Source: Octopus bimaculoides (Eukaryota). From it: a stretch of 64,000 nt of DNA. The stretch covers positions 34,899,875 through 34,963,874 of the forward strand of contig NC_068998.1 of assembly GCF_001194135.2 (NCBI RefSeq), written 5' to 3'. Positions 50,692 to 63,960 of this stretch are shown in pieces. A program made the position numbers and the translations under genes. Positions within the stretch are counted from its first letter, which is position 1. The number at the start of each line of letters is the position of its first letter. A model generated the notes under the pieces. It was not told the DNA's origin, ran no database searches, and worked only from the letters and a program-made list of their open reading frames with translations.

Positions 50692-51030
50692 TTTTACAGT
50701 CAGACAGACAGTGAAAGGAAAAGAGCCATGACTGAATATAAAGTATGAAAGACAGAAATAGCTATATGAATGGACAAAGAGAGACAGAAAGAGAGAAAGA
50801 AAGAGAAATACAGGAATAACAATATTTAGAGAGAAAGAAAGAGAGAGAGAGAGAGAGAGAGAACTATATGAATAGACAGAGAAAAAGAGAAAGACAAATA
50901 ATTATATGAATGAAGAGAGAGAAAAAAGAGAGAGAGAGAGAGAGAGAACTATATGAATAAATAGAGAAAAAGAGAAAGACAAATAGCTAATATGAATGAA
51001 GAGAGAGAAAAAAGAGAGAGAGAAAGTGTG
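49760..51030 (+). repeat. Purine-rich compound microsatellite tract with a ~115-bp tandem duplication at ~50830-51025
   Basis: (GA)n, (GACA)n, (GATA)n and (GT)n; the unit gagaactatatgaata-a-agagaaaaagagaaagacaaata-tatatgaatgaagagagagaaaaaagag occurs twice. Confidence 0.8.
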
Positions 51031-51297
51031 TGTTCTACAGCTGGTCAGCCAACTGATTTGGACAGCAGTAGATGCTCTGTTGATTTCTTCGGATACATGT
51101 ACAATGCTGGCTATTGATCTGACAGTAAAACCAACAGCAAACCTATTTGTAATCTTGCCATAATAGGATTATCTCTGTCTAATCTCATTACTTTCATTTG
51201 TTTCAATCAGCTTTACTATCAATTACTTACACACTAGTTGACTGATTGATAGATAGACAGACAGACAAACAGAGAGAGGGATGGAGGACAGAAAGAT

Positions 51298-51372
<75 letters not shown>

Positions 51373-51675
51373 GATTGATAGAGAGAGAGAGAAAGTGAGA
51401 GGTGAGAATGACATGTGCACGCATGTGTGTGTGTGTATGTAAAGTAGAGGAAACTAAAGTTCTGCACCAACATCCTATTGAGAAGAGAGAGAGGGAAGAG
51501 AGAGAGAGAGAGAGAGTAGGAGAGAGAGAGAGAGTAGGAAATTGTGAAGGAAATAGTGTGATAAACAGAAGAAACAGAAACTCTGAATCAGCATAGCAAC
51601 AATTATATATATATATATGTAACATATGTATATATATATGTACATATATACATACACACAACATTCGTATATATA

Positions 51676-51711
<36 letters not shown>

Positions 51712-51736
51712 CATGCATACATATACATACATACAT

Positions 51737-51780
<44 letters not shown>

Positions 51781-52194
51781 GTATGTATGTATATCTATGT
51801 ATGTATATATATGCATAGATATGTGTGTGTGCATGTATGTGTGTGTATGTATGTATATAATGCATTCTGATAGGGCAAACATTTTGTGTAAAGGGTAGAA
51901 TTTCAGTGTATTTCTAATGCACCATCCAACACAAGCTCCTGGCTAGCCACACTCTCTTAAAGGAAAGTTTAAATCCACTGATACAAGACCACCAGGTACC
52001 GCACTGGTAAAACCAGAGTGTAAGTATTTTGAAGAGTAACATAAAAATAAAGAAAACATAAAGAATGAATTCAGAACAACTATCATATCATATTCATTAC
52101 AAATATTTCTGAATCACTCTTGAATTGTGAAGAAACAATCATGACAAATATATTACTGTTGGAATAGATTCATTCTTCATCTTCTTACTTAGGC

Positions 52195-52458
52195 GCAGGC
52201 ATGGCTGTGTGGTAAGAAGCTTGCTTCCCAACCACGTGGTTCTGGGTTTAGTCCCACTGTGTGGCACCTTGGGCAAGTGTCACATAAAAGCACCCATTAC
52301 ACTCTCAGAATGGTTGGCATTAGGAAGAGCATCCAGGCGTAGAAAACCATGCCAAATCAGACTAGAGTCTGGTGCAACCTTCCAGTGTGCCAGCCCAGTC
52401 AAACTGTCCAACCCATGCCAGCATGGGCAACAGACGTTAAATGATGATGATGATGATA

Positions 52459-52460
<2 letters not shown>
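52195..52460 (+). mobile_element. Chimeric SINE: family-B tRNA/CORE head joined to an RTE 3' tail
   Basis: ggctgtgtggtaagaagcttgcttccc...ggcaccttgggcaagtgt runs directly into cacataaaagcaccc...ttggcattaggaagagcatccag...gtccaacccatgccagcatgg...gacgttaaat(GAT)n. Confidence 0.8.
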
Positions 52461-52508
<48 letters not shown>

Positions 52509-53604
52509 CATGTCTTTGTGCCTGTGTTTGTCCCCCATCATCACTTGACAACTAAAGTTGATGTGTTTATATCCTCATAACTTAGTGGTTTGGCAAAGGA
52601 GACTGATAGAATAAGTACTAGGCTTAAAAGATAAGTCCTGGGGTAGATTTGTTTAACTAAAACCATTCAAGGTGGTGCTCCACCATGGCCACAGTCAAAT
52701 GACTGAAACAAGTAAAAGAAAAAGGAATAAAAGAAATATATTTACATATGAAAGAGAGAGATGGGGGGGGCAGAGCTACGGATAGATAGATAGACAGATA
52801 GAAGTCAGCCTATTGACAGAGCCCATAAAGCACTAAATAGATTACATTGCAGTAATCAGTCTTGGTCTCTGCATTCTGAGTTCAAATTGCACCAAGTTTG
52901 ACTTGGCCTTTCATCCTTTTGAAGTCTATAATTTCAGTTGTAGTCCAATATTGAGGTTGATCCTCTTCTCTTCCTCAGATTCTTTCTTTCTTTTTCTGTT
53001 GTGATTCTTGTTAAGATTACTTCTATATTAACTTAAGGCCTCACCTGGTTTTATGCTTCTTTCTCTCAATCTGTATAAATGTGTATGATTGTCTGCAGAG
53101 CTGCTTTGGTGTGCGTAAGTATGGGCACATCCATTACTGCCTTGCCCACTTTTTCTCTGTGCCCACCTTCTTAACACTATCCTTTTATCTCGCTTCCTGT
53201 CACTCTCTATTTTGCTATACAAACTTGTTTATCTGTAACATCTATAACTGGGGTATATAATAGCATGCAACAAACATTGTACTGTATTTTTGGTTGCTAT
53301 CACCAAGGAAGCATGTCCATCAGATTGCCCCACAGGCCACTCAGCTTTGGCTATAGCATCAATCATCTTGCAGAAACACATGTATATTTTATATAAAGCT
53401 TGAAAATACTAATTATGTTTCCTGCATTTCTTATCAATATATGATGCAGTTCAAAATTCACATGTTAGCCTGGTTATTGTCAAACCACATGGAATATAGA
53501 AGTGGAGTATGGAACCTCTTACCAAATCCAAATCTTTTTATAATGTGCTGTACCTTCTAAAACACTTTAACTTCACACACACACACGTGTGTGTGTGTGT
53601 GTGA

Positions 53605-53644
<40 letters not shown>

Positions 53645-53890
53645 CAATTGTGGAACACAACTGTCACTACATAAACCTGATATTTGAAAGTACAAGTTTA
53701 TTTTAATATTGTAAAATTGTAAAAATTGTTAAGATGTGAGAAACAGACTAAGCTGGAATTTCAATGATTAATGTAATCTTCTATACACAATCATACAAAT
53801 TCAGATATATATCTATATCTATCTATCTATCTAGAAATACTAAGTATGTCTACCTGCTGGAAATAACAGCCAAAACTCTTATTTAAATTG

Positions 53891-53926
<36 letters not shown>

Positions 53927-54070
53927 TGTATATTTATACTAGTTGGCGAGGTAACTAACCAATCAACAAATAATAAAGGATTTGAATTCAACCAAGGAAA
54001 CCCATGGGTTGGAGAGTCACTGAAGAGGTGACAGAGGTGACAGGATGTGTGAGGAAAGATTTCAGACAAA

Positions 54071-54117
<47 letters not shown>

Positions 54118-55199
54118 CTGAAGTGAAGACCAAGCATATAGTGTGTGTGGTTGATTGGCAAAAATATGACCATCCCCATCTATAACAATATGTGTGTTTA
54201 TTATTATTGGTGTAATGACCTTCTTTACATAAAATAACTTTAGTTTCAACACAAGAGTTCACATCAAAGATCTTGCAAATCAATTACAAAAGCAAAGTAT
54301 ATATATATGATGATGATATTTATAATAAATATGTATGTATATAAAAAGTTACAATAAACACAAGCTTATATAATTTGTTCCTAGATATGTTTCCCTTTTG
54401 TGGTTGTTTTGAACATCTGCACTGGACGTTCCAAGTGCACCTGGATGCTTAACTAGAACAGATCATAAGGGAACACTTCATTGCATTATGTTACAGGGAA
54501 TTAATGTCTGGAGCTGGATGAATGGTGCGGAATGGTGAGACAGTTTATAAGTATTTTGAGAGGGAAATAGAAAGAAAGTTAAGGACAGAGAAAGATGAAG
54601 AAGGAGAGAAGCAAGAGAAAGGAGAAAGAAAAGACAAAACAGTGAGGAAAAAAGACAAGAGAGGGAAAAGGAGAGAAACCCAGATAATCTTGTCTTGGTT
54701 TTCTCTCTTTTCTTCTCTCTCTCTTCTTTCTCTTTCTTCTGATGTCATGGTTTTTAAAATACGTATTTATCGTTCACCCTATCAAGCTAGTTGAAACAGA
54801 TTAATTTTCTAATTTGTGTTTATATATTTACCTATTTTCTTAGTTACATATTTAGCCTTAAGTAAAAATTAATAGGATAATTTTAATGCATGATCATAAC
54901 CGAAGCTTACAAAATGACTGAACGATTAGGTTTATACACTATCAGTACTATATAATATTTTATTTCATTTTTTTATATTCAGTGCTCAAATTCTGTCACA
55001 GTAGTATTTGTTTTTCTCCCCTGTAGATGATAAAATAAGAATTCAGCACAAACCATTTTCCCCACCAACTTCCATGTTACATAACATGGAAATCTTTGAG
55101 AAAATAGGCTTCATATTCTGGATTACAGCAAGTTTTCAAGGAATGCAGGGCTTCCATAATGATAGAATAAGTGGATACCTATGCACTCACACACACACA

Positions 55200-55237
<38 letters not shown>

Positions 55238-55747
55238 CTACTAGACCACATGGGTATTTCTTATGTTTAATTAGATTTTGAAACCAATTATACATTTTTC
55301 AGAACAGTTAGGTTCAATTTTGTTTAGGAATGATTTCCGAATCAATGTTAAACATTGTAAGTGATCATCAGATAGATAATTTGCTCACATCACGTGACCT
55401 CTTTAACTGTGGATTCTGGCAAAAACAAAGGTCTATACAAGTTCCTTGGAACTCTGGGGAGTCTAATGAATTCCAAAATGCATTATATTATAATGGAAGC
55501 TCTAATGACAATCCCTATGACATCACTTCAAGTGTTATGTAGATTTTCTCCAAATTCTCTGTTTGCAACATTTAAAAAGATGAAAATTTGTTCAAGCAGA
55601 GACATTTTTGCTTCCTTTATCAATTAATAAAAGGAGGAAGGCCAGTAACAATAAATTTCATAGCAATCACACAAGCTAGTAAGGTTAATGCCACTGAAGT
55701 TGAGACAACTGTCGAAATTAATTGGAAATCTGCTGGAGTGAAATGTG

Positions 55748-55817
55748 TAGTCATGGCCAAAAGTTTGGAACCTTTTTTTTAAAAATTAGTATTGGTATGC
55801 CCAAGTACAATTCGATT

Positions 55818-55849
<32 letters not shown>

Positions 55850-56017
55850 CAATGTAGCGATATACTTACCTAATAACTGATCCAATGGTTCAATATCTAG
55901 AAGAAAAAACAGACAAATTAAAAATATAGCTCTAGACAAAATTGTTTACTTTTAATAAACAGAAGCTAATACATCACGTATGTGAAAATATGTTCCAAAC
56001 TTTTGACCACAGCTGTA
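55748..56017. mobile_element. Short Tc1-derived MITE
   Basis: TA-gtcatggccaaaagtttggaac ... gttccaaacttttgaccacagctg-TA: Tc1-type inverted termini (GG-Y-CAAAAGTTTGGAAC). Confidence 0.55.
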
Positions 56018-56149
56018 GACAGGAGGAAAACTTTAGAGGTTGCGTTCTTGGGAAAATGATTAAGCAGGTGTTTAGTCTGAAATTTGGTTGTGGTGGTGGT
56101 GGTGGTGGTGGTCATCATCATGGTTGTAGAGATACAGTAGAAGCATTGG

Positions 56150-56650
56150 GAGAAAGGGAGATAGGTGTGTCACAAATACTTGAGTGGAAGTGGTTTATTG
56201 CTTGCTAATTCACAGGAAGTATGACATTTGTAGAAGTGGTTGACAAATCATCGAGAACAAATAGCATACCTATTAGCAAGTGGTTGTAATGCAATGCTAA
56301 ATGATTTGTTGCCTGTTCAACCAAATACAGCTGCATAGGAAGGTATACTACCTGCCAAACTGTAGTTGGTTCATATAACATCAACCAGTAGTATCCTGTT
56401 GAATTCATCAGTATGACTGCTTGCACTGGTATACTACCCTTTTCTTCAAATAGAATAGGTACCATGTACAGATAGGGCTTAGCACAGCAAGCAGTTGGAG
56501 CATTGTATAATGAACGAGTGTTTCATCAACTTGCAGGACCAAGATAGCCCATGAAGAGATCTTTAACCAACTTCTACCACTTCCATCAACAACACAATAA
56601 AGTGAGGTGCTGGGCAACATCTATTGTTCAACCTGATACCTATTTTTGAA
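56150..56650 (+). pseudogene. Probable highly decayed Helitron PIF1-helicase fragment
   Basis: Plus frame ...QTVVGSYNINQ*YPVEFISMTACTGILPF resembles Helitron (D)TV....N.YPxEFLNSL...G.PPH. A frameshifted LYN(G)T matches LCNGTRL, and AGQHLLFNLIP resembles GQ.VFIPRIP. There are many stops. Confidence 0.4.
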
Positions 56651-57293
56651 AAATGGAGAGACAGGGCAGAAAGAACAGGGAGAGTCCCCCAAAAAGGACA
56701 GGGAGTGTCATGGCTTGGCACACATTTGAACATTAGAGCTGCTTGATCAGTTTTGACTCAAAAGTAAAATGAATAATGAATGAAAGTCATAGAAATACTG
56801 ACCAAACTCTTTCCTCTGTGTCCAGACCCCAGTAAATATTGTAAGAACATGAATAACAATACATACAACAATGAAATATGCTTACTGCCACCATCAAAAT
56901 TTCAGTGGTGGCGAGAACAAAAGTCATATTTTTTAATATTAAATAACTTTTATAGAATGAAACCTGGTACTTTATATATCTATAAACATGCAGAGTGGAA
57001 TTCTTTAGGGTTTGAATAATTCACCCCTGAAAACATGGGTGTTCCATTCATCATCCTTAAACAACCCCTTATTCAGGGACCTTTTGAGTGGGATGGTCTA
57101 CTCAACCTGAAGAAAATTCTAAATGGACCCCATCAGCTAGGTCATGTACTGTTTATTTTGATATGGGGTCACCATGTCATGCATCAGGAGTAGTCATGAT
57201 GAGTATATTGGACTTCATATATTATACCCTAGTGTCACTTTGAATTCATGCACTGCTTTCACATTCAGTATTAATAATAGCAATACATGAAGG

Positions 57294-57344
<51 letters not shown>

Positions 57345-57406
57345 TATATGTCTGCATTGTATGTGTGTATACATACATACATACATATATAATACATATA
57401 TATGTA

Positions 57407-57438
<32 letters not shown>

Positions 57439-57439
<1 letters not shown>

Positions 57440-57642
57440 CCACAATGTAACCTCGTGGGCATCGGTGCTGATTTTTTCTTCCTCCGTTTTTCCAATCTTT
57501 GAACTTTCCGTCTTTCCGACGAAGGGCTCCGCCCGAAACGTCATACACTCTCTCTCTTTCCTTTCCTGAGCATCTAATAACACTATCCGTATCACGTCCT
57601 CACTTTGTTGTTTTTTTGTTATTGTTTTTTGTCTTTTTTGAA

Positions 57643-57645
<3 letters not shown>
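57439..57645 (+). mobile_element. PLE-type pseudo-LTR fragment with degenerate minimal hammerhead (57510-57548)
   Basis: ttt CCGACGA a gggc-tcc-gccc GAAAC GTC atac. Stem II and GAAACGUC are intact, the core has U4>C, and stem I is poor. The fragment sits between (AT)n tracts. Confidence 0.55.
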
Positions 57646-57714
<69 letters not shown>

Positions 57715-59503
57715 TATATGTGTGTATGTGCATGTATCCATGCATATATTTATGTATGCATATTTATACACACACACATACATATATATGTTTGTTTGAA
57801 TCTATGCATGTATGTATATATGCATATCTGCTTATACACTAAAACTTCTACACAATAAACACTACATGAACGAAGATATATTCTTGAAGAAATAACTTTT
57901 TTTTCGAGTTTCTAGCAATGTCTTCCAATGTTTTCTGCTTTTCTCAAACTTTGCAACATTTTCAGTGTTATCCGAGTGATATTTGAATCAATGAATATGT
58001 GATTCGTGATTTATAAAGTTACATTGTTTGTGTTTAAATGAGGTGCATGCAGCAATAGATAAATATTACCGGAAGAATTTGTATTTGATGGTTATTGTTG
58101 TTTTTGCTCTTTTACATTTGCTACAATTTTAACAAGACACATGTATGATATGCTATAGAAACTACAAAACAAAAAAACAAAACGAAACACAAAAGCCTCA
58201 TGTTCGTCATCCTTTCATTGATCATGCTCAATTCAAAACAAAATAAACATTCCCTACATTCATCATCCTTATACTCCTCTTTTTCTTCCTCCTCCTCTTC
58301 ATTATCATCATCACCAGCAACTGTGTCAACATCACTTTTGACATCACTGTAACCAATGTCACCCCCCCCCCCCCCTCAACACACACAGACACACAATCAT
58401 CATCATTATTAACATTGTTGTTTTCCTTAACATTTATTCTCAGTTCAGGTTATTGATTGGAGAACAACAGTTAGGAGAAGGTGATTGCACTTGATGGCCC
58501 GGATGATTTTGCATCAGCAGTGTTCCTTGATTGGCCCTAGTTGGAGAATATTCAGCATCAGGAGAGGTGTATTATCCATGTATTCAAATATGACGAATAA
58601 TTTTCATCTCTTTTTTTTTTATTACCTCCACATCTAATATTAAGTCTACACCCACATAAACTGCAACCTGTTTTTGTAATGACCTCTCAAATCAATGCCC
58701 CTATGGCAAATAAAAGAAATTATTATTATTACTGAGTGAGGGAGTAGCATATACCATCAAAGTAACACTGGAATACAAATATATGAAGCCCAATGTACTC
58801 ATTATGACTACCCGTCTGATAAGAGTGCACCAGGCACATGCATCACAACTGTACATGTTCGACATAGTGACTTCATATCAAGATAAACTGTGCGTGACTT
58901 TGCAGGTGGAGCCCAGTTAGAATTTTCTTCAGGTCGAGTTGCTCATCCTGCTCAGAAGGTCTCTGAATAAGGGTTATTTAAGGATGATAAATGAAACAGC
59001 CATGTTTCCTGAGGTGAATAATTCAAACTCCAAAGATTCCTTCTCAACACATGATTATGATGCTCCCCCACTACTTCTGCTCATGATCAGAGAGGCACAT
59101 ATCATCAGCCACTAAAGGACATGCTCAAATGGTTATGGTCAGACAACTAACAAGCATATCTGAAGTATTGAGCAGGATATTTGCTGCAACCCATCTTTTA
59201 CACCAAGACAAAACATGTACATGTTAACACTTCCAATCAGCTAAGATTAGAATCCATGAGAGTCACTGCCTGGCACTGCATCAGGGCATTTATTATTAGC
59301 ATAGAGTCTTGGAATGACCAATCATAAATACCATTGGAACTCAAACACGAGGTACAAGAAATTTATATGTATATTATTCTGCTTAAATAATGGAACTGCA
59401 GTACATTGTCCTTACGCATCTCACGTCTATTTTCATTCCTCCACTTCACTCTCTATTTCATATCTTATCTAGAATAACTATTGCTTAACCATTTTCTCGC
59501 ACC

Positions 59504-59551
59504 GTCTCTGATGAAGGGATATATAAAATTACCCGGAAACAGCTGTAAGAC
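59504..59551 (+). ncRNA. Minimal type-I hammerhead ribozyme in a ~320-bp PLE-type segment (59296-59620)
   Basis: gtct CTGATGA a ggg(13 nt)ccc g GAAA CAGCTGT A agac. Stem I GUCU/AGAC, palindromic stem III ACAGCUGU, GUA site. Confidence 0.8.
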
Positions 59552-59827
59552 CTTCTATTTATAAATGTTCTAAAATCTTTCACAGCCTTGGATTTTCATC
59601 TCATTCTGTTAATTTTTTATATATATGCATGCTAATATATGACCTATGTTGGACCTAGTCTGTCCATAGCACTTACTCAGCCTTACCTGACACCTTTGGG
59701 CCTTACCTGACACCATTACCTCTCATAACCTCAAAATATGTGTGTGTGTATATACATATATATTACTCTTCCTCTGGTATTTGAGTACTCTTTTTTCTAC
59801 CTTGTTTCACATTTATGTGCTTACTCT

Positions 59828-59878
<51 letters not shown>

Positions 59879-60003
59879 GCACACACATATATGCTTGTGT
59901 GCATATTGTTTGCACACACACACACACACACACATTAAGTACATTTATCTCTAAGAAAAATTAATGTGTTTCATGCTTCTGAATGCAAACATGCATACAT
60001 ACA

Positions 60004-61055
60004 TATGAGGGTGGGCTGAAAAGTTCATAGACTGACTATGAGGGAGTGAGAGTAGAACTGTGAAATCTGGCCTGCATTAATGTCAGCCTTTCTTATTCAA
60101 GAACTGCCTTGATTCTTTCCAGCTAAACTGACATCCGACTGTGCAAAGAATACTTCAGAAGTAACTAGTAGTGATTTCTCTTGAAAATGGACAAAATTTG
60201 GCATTGTGGTGTTACCAAGTACCAAAGAAAATGCTTTATCACCCAATGACATTCATGTTGACTTATTTATAATATTTGGGGATGACACTCAAGTGTTATC
60301 AACAGTACAAAAGCGGGCAGTTGAATTGTATTCACCACATGGTGATGGATGACAGGTGATTGACTATAAGTCAAATAGCCAATGCTATTAGCATATCCCG
60401 TGAGAGAGTTGAGAATATTCTGCACAATAAACTTGGCGCGACCTAAATTTATGTTAGGTGGGTCCCACTTTTTGACACTTGATCAACTAATCAACAGTGT
60501 ACCAGGCTGATCTCAAAGGGAAATCTGACACCATTTGAGGCAGATCCAGCTGGTTTGTTTCAATGTTTCTTAACCCAGGATGAGTACTGAGTTGATCACT
60601 TCGAGCTTAGACAAAGAGACAATCCATGCAGTGGAAGTGGAAACAGTCTCCTCACCTACTCCAAAGAAGACCAAAGTCATTTCATCTGCAGGGAAGGTGA
60701 TAGCCTCAGTTATGTTGGATGTAAAAAGCTTTGTGTTTATCAACTATCTTCAAAAGGTCACACCATCAACCGGAAGTACTACACCAACTTGCTGAAGCAC
60801 TTATTAAAAGGCTATCAAGATCAAATGCCTAGGAAAACTGATGAAAGTGGTCTTGTTTCATCAGGACAATACTCCAGTACACAAGTCCTTGCTTTCAATG
60901 GCAGCTGTGAATGACTGTGGCTTTGAACTGGTTGATAACACTCCTTGTCCACCTGATTTGGCCCCCATCTGACTATTATCTCTTCTCCAGCATGAAAAAA
61001 ACACTTGGCTAAGAACCAGTATCAGAGTGATGATAACATCATATCTACTGTTTCC
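60004..61055 (+). mobile_element. Decayed mariner (DD34D) transposon
   Basis: TIR tatgagggtgggctgaaaagttcata. Frames give IANAISISRERVENILH, FLTQDEY*V, PTPKKTKVISSAGKVIASV, LFHQDNTPVH and PPDLAPSDYYLFSSMKKHL. Confidence 0.85.
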
Positions 61056-61256
61056 ACTAATTACTTTTGTAAATTTTCAAGAGAAGTCACTACTTGTCAC
61101 ATTTGAAGTCTTCTTTGAACAATCAGATATCAGTTTAGCTGGAGAGAAACAATGCTGTTATTAAGAAGAAAATTGAAATTAATGCATGCAAAATTTCACA
61201 GCTCTAGCATCACTCCTTCATAGTCGGCCAATTAACTTTACAGCTCACACTTGTAC

Positions 61257-61306
<50 letters not shown>

Positions 61307-62509
61307 AAGAGTGATTGAGTGAGAGAGAGAGAGAGTGATTGAGTGAGAGAGAGAGAGACAGAGAGAGAGAGAGTGTATGTATGTATGTGTATGAGTGTGT
61401 GTGAAACTGATTGCAAATATGTATAAATGCAAAATTATCACAAAATTCATTAAAGGCATTTTGCTTTATCTAACTTCAATTACAAGTATGTTTGTCCAAA
61501 AATTTACATTTTATCAACTGCTTGATAAAATTAGCCAGTGTGCAATTAAGCGACCACCAATTACTGTTGCTCTTCATTCTAAACCTATATATATATATAC
61601 GTATCTATAAAGAATGATGTCTAGTTTGTGTGTGTGCATATATGTGGTGTGTATGCATGCATGCATGTATGTATATACATACATGTGTGTGTGTGTATGT
61701 GTGTCTATGTATGCATGTATATATTTGTACATATGTATATAGATAGATAAAAATTTTATAACATTTTTCTGACATAATTTAAATATATACTTTAACCATG
61801 TAACACAAGCCTTCTGTAGTTTTTTCACTCTTACTATCTTTGATATATATATATATATATATATATAATATAAATAGAGCTAGATAAGGCCGGTTATATA
61901 TATATATATACATACATACACACACACACGTACACACAGTCAAAAATGTACATTAATTTAAATTACCAATTCAAACCAATGTTGTATCTCCTTTTGTGTT
62001 CCCATGCTATGCACCACACTAAACCATGAGAACTTTTCCCTTTGGTATCTGCAATGTTCTTTGCCATGGAAAAGGTTTCCTGAAATTACTTGCATTAGAT
62101 TTCTTCATTTGCAATTGTTGTGTTACACTAGATTGGAAATAAGTGAGTCTTCTGGAGGAATATTGTTCCTGTTTTTGCCTAGATCTAAGTGTTAACATTA
62201 AATATTATAACATTTGTTGCATTAAACGTATTTTGTTTTCTATTACAAGATAGGCTTTTATCATTTAATAACAATTCTCAATGTTCACATCATCAGGAAA
62301 TTATTATTTACATATATATGTGCAAGCATGGGTGTATGGTTAAAAAGTTTGCTCCACAACCATATGGTTTCTAATTTAGTTGCCGCTGTACAGTACCTTT
62401 AGCAAGTGAGTCCTACTAAAACCTTGGGTTGACCAAAACATGAAAGTGCATTTGGTAGAGAGAAATTGAAAGAACCATGTCTCATTAGTGTGTGTGACTA
62501 ATAGTAGCA

Positions 62510-62812
62510 CGCTAACGATTCAACCTAACAATCCAAAGAGAAAGAACACTTTCATTTCTTCAAAGATTTTGCCTCTCTTCTTATTGATGATAGTGTTCTT
62601 CATCCCTGGAGATTCAGATTTGATATGTGCTAAAATCTTGTCCTTATTCTGTACAATCGTCGATACAGTTATCTGATTCATCCCAAAAGATTGTGCAATT
62701 GCTACTAATTTCTCACCTTTTGCATGACGTTTCATCATAGCCAGTTTATTTTCCAGTGTTATAGCATGATGCTTAGCACTTTCACAACAAATTTTCTTAA
62801 GAGCCATGGGGG
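62510..62812 (-). pseudogene. Tigger/pogo transposase N-terminal (CENP-B psq HTH) fragment
   Basis: AITLENKLAMMKRHAKGEKLVAIAQSFGMNQITVSTIVQNKDKI matches the Tigger HTH motif (ITLE.K..II.R.E.G.....IA..LG...STV.TI.KNK..I). Confidence 0.8.
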
Positions 62813-62946
62813 CAAAAAGTAAAGTCATAAATGAATGAGAAAGTAGCCGATAAACAGATGTAAACAAATCTGAATTCAAAACAATCGTGGGAATTATGAG
62901 TAACAAACAGTTTTTTGTTATATTTCTGCTGCTTTTAAATAAAGTA

Positions 62947-63142
62947 TATATAAGGCAAGGAAGAAAATGGAAAGAGATTCAATTGACAAGCATCAGTAAG
63001 ATTTATTTACTATTATCGTTGGAATAAATACAACTTGTATCTATTTATTTATTCATTTATTTATTCCTTTGATTATAGTAAATAAATCCTACTGATGTTT
63101 GTCAATTGAATCTCTTCTCCATTTCCTTCCTTGCCTTATATA
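62947..63142. repeat. ~196-bp fold-back (MITE-like) element
   Basis: tatataaggcaaggaagaaaatgga-aagagattcaattgacaagcatcagtaagatttatttactat versus its near-perfect reverse complement at 63072-63142; pairing extends toward a ~25-nt loop. Confidence 0.8.
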
Positions 63143-63588
63143 AATTCTGGATAAACTCGTGTTTACCTCCACTNNNNNNNNNNNNNNNNNNNNNNNNNNN
63201 NNNNNNNNNNNNNNNNNNNNNNNNNNNNNNNNNNNNNNNNNNNNNNNNNNNNNNNNNNNNNNNNNNNNNNNNNNNNNNNNNNNNNNNNNNNNNNNNNNNN
63301 NNNNNNNNNNNNNNNNNNNNNNNNNNNNNNNNNNNNNNNNNNNNNNNNNNNNNNNNNNNNNNNTATATATATATATATTATACATATGTATATAAATGAG
63401 AGTGAAAACAACTCTTAGCCATAAGAATACACATATCTTACAAGAACGCATATATTTCATGAATGCTCACCAGTGGTTCTTACCCAGCAGCCGAGGGTTA
63501 AGCTAGCTCACCTAGTCAGTTTATAAGAGTTACTGTAGGAATTCCACGTTGATTTCATAAATGGTAAAAGTGAAAATTATAATTGATG

Positions 63589-63799
63589 AAGGTTGTTTAT
63601 TCGCAATTTACAACTGAAAGGCAGAACTATAGATGTCAGTAAAGTGACTAAGGGTACTAGTTAGCACCAGTGCATTTTTGTGGCCAAGAGTTGTTTTGAC
63701 TCTTATTTCTAGCAATGCTGGTGCTAACTAGTACTCTTAGTCACTTTAGTGACGTCTTTAGTTCTGTCTTTCGGTTGTAAATTGCAAATAAGCCACCTT
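63589..63799. repeat. ~210-bp fold-back element with a partial hammerhead-like core at its left end
   Basis: Arms 63589-63675 and 63714-63799 are ~85-90% complementary. Plus 63583-63629 reads TTGATGA a ggttg...caact GAAAG gcagaa CTA. Confidence 0.7.
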
Positions 63800-63886
63800 T
63801 ATTATTATCATTATTATTATTATTATTATTATCATTATTATTATTATTATTATTATCATTATTATTATTATTATTATTATCATTAA

Positions 63887-63946
<60 letters not shown>

Positions 63947-63960
63947 TATTATTAATATTA
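63800..63960 (+). repeat. (TTA)n microsatellite
   Basis: ~50 att units with periodic atc interruptions. Confidence 0.95.
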
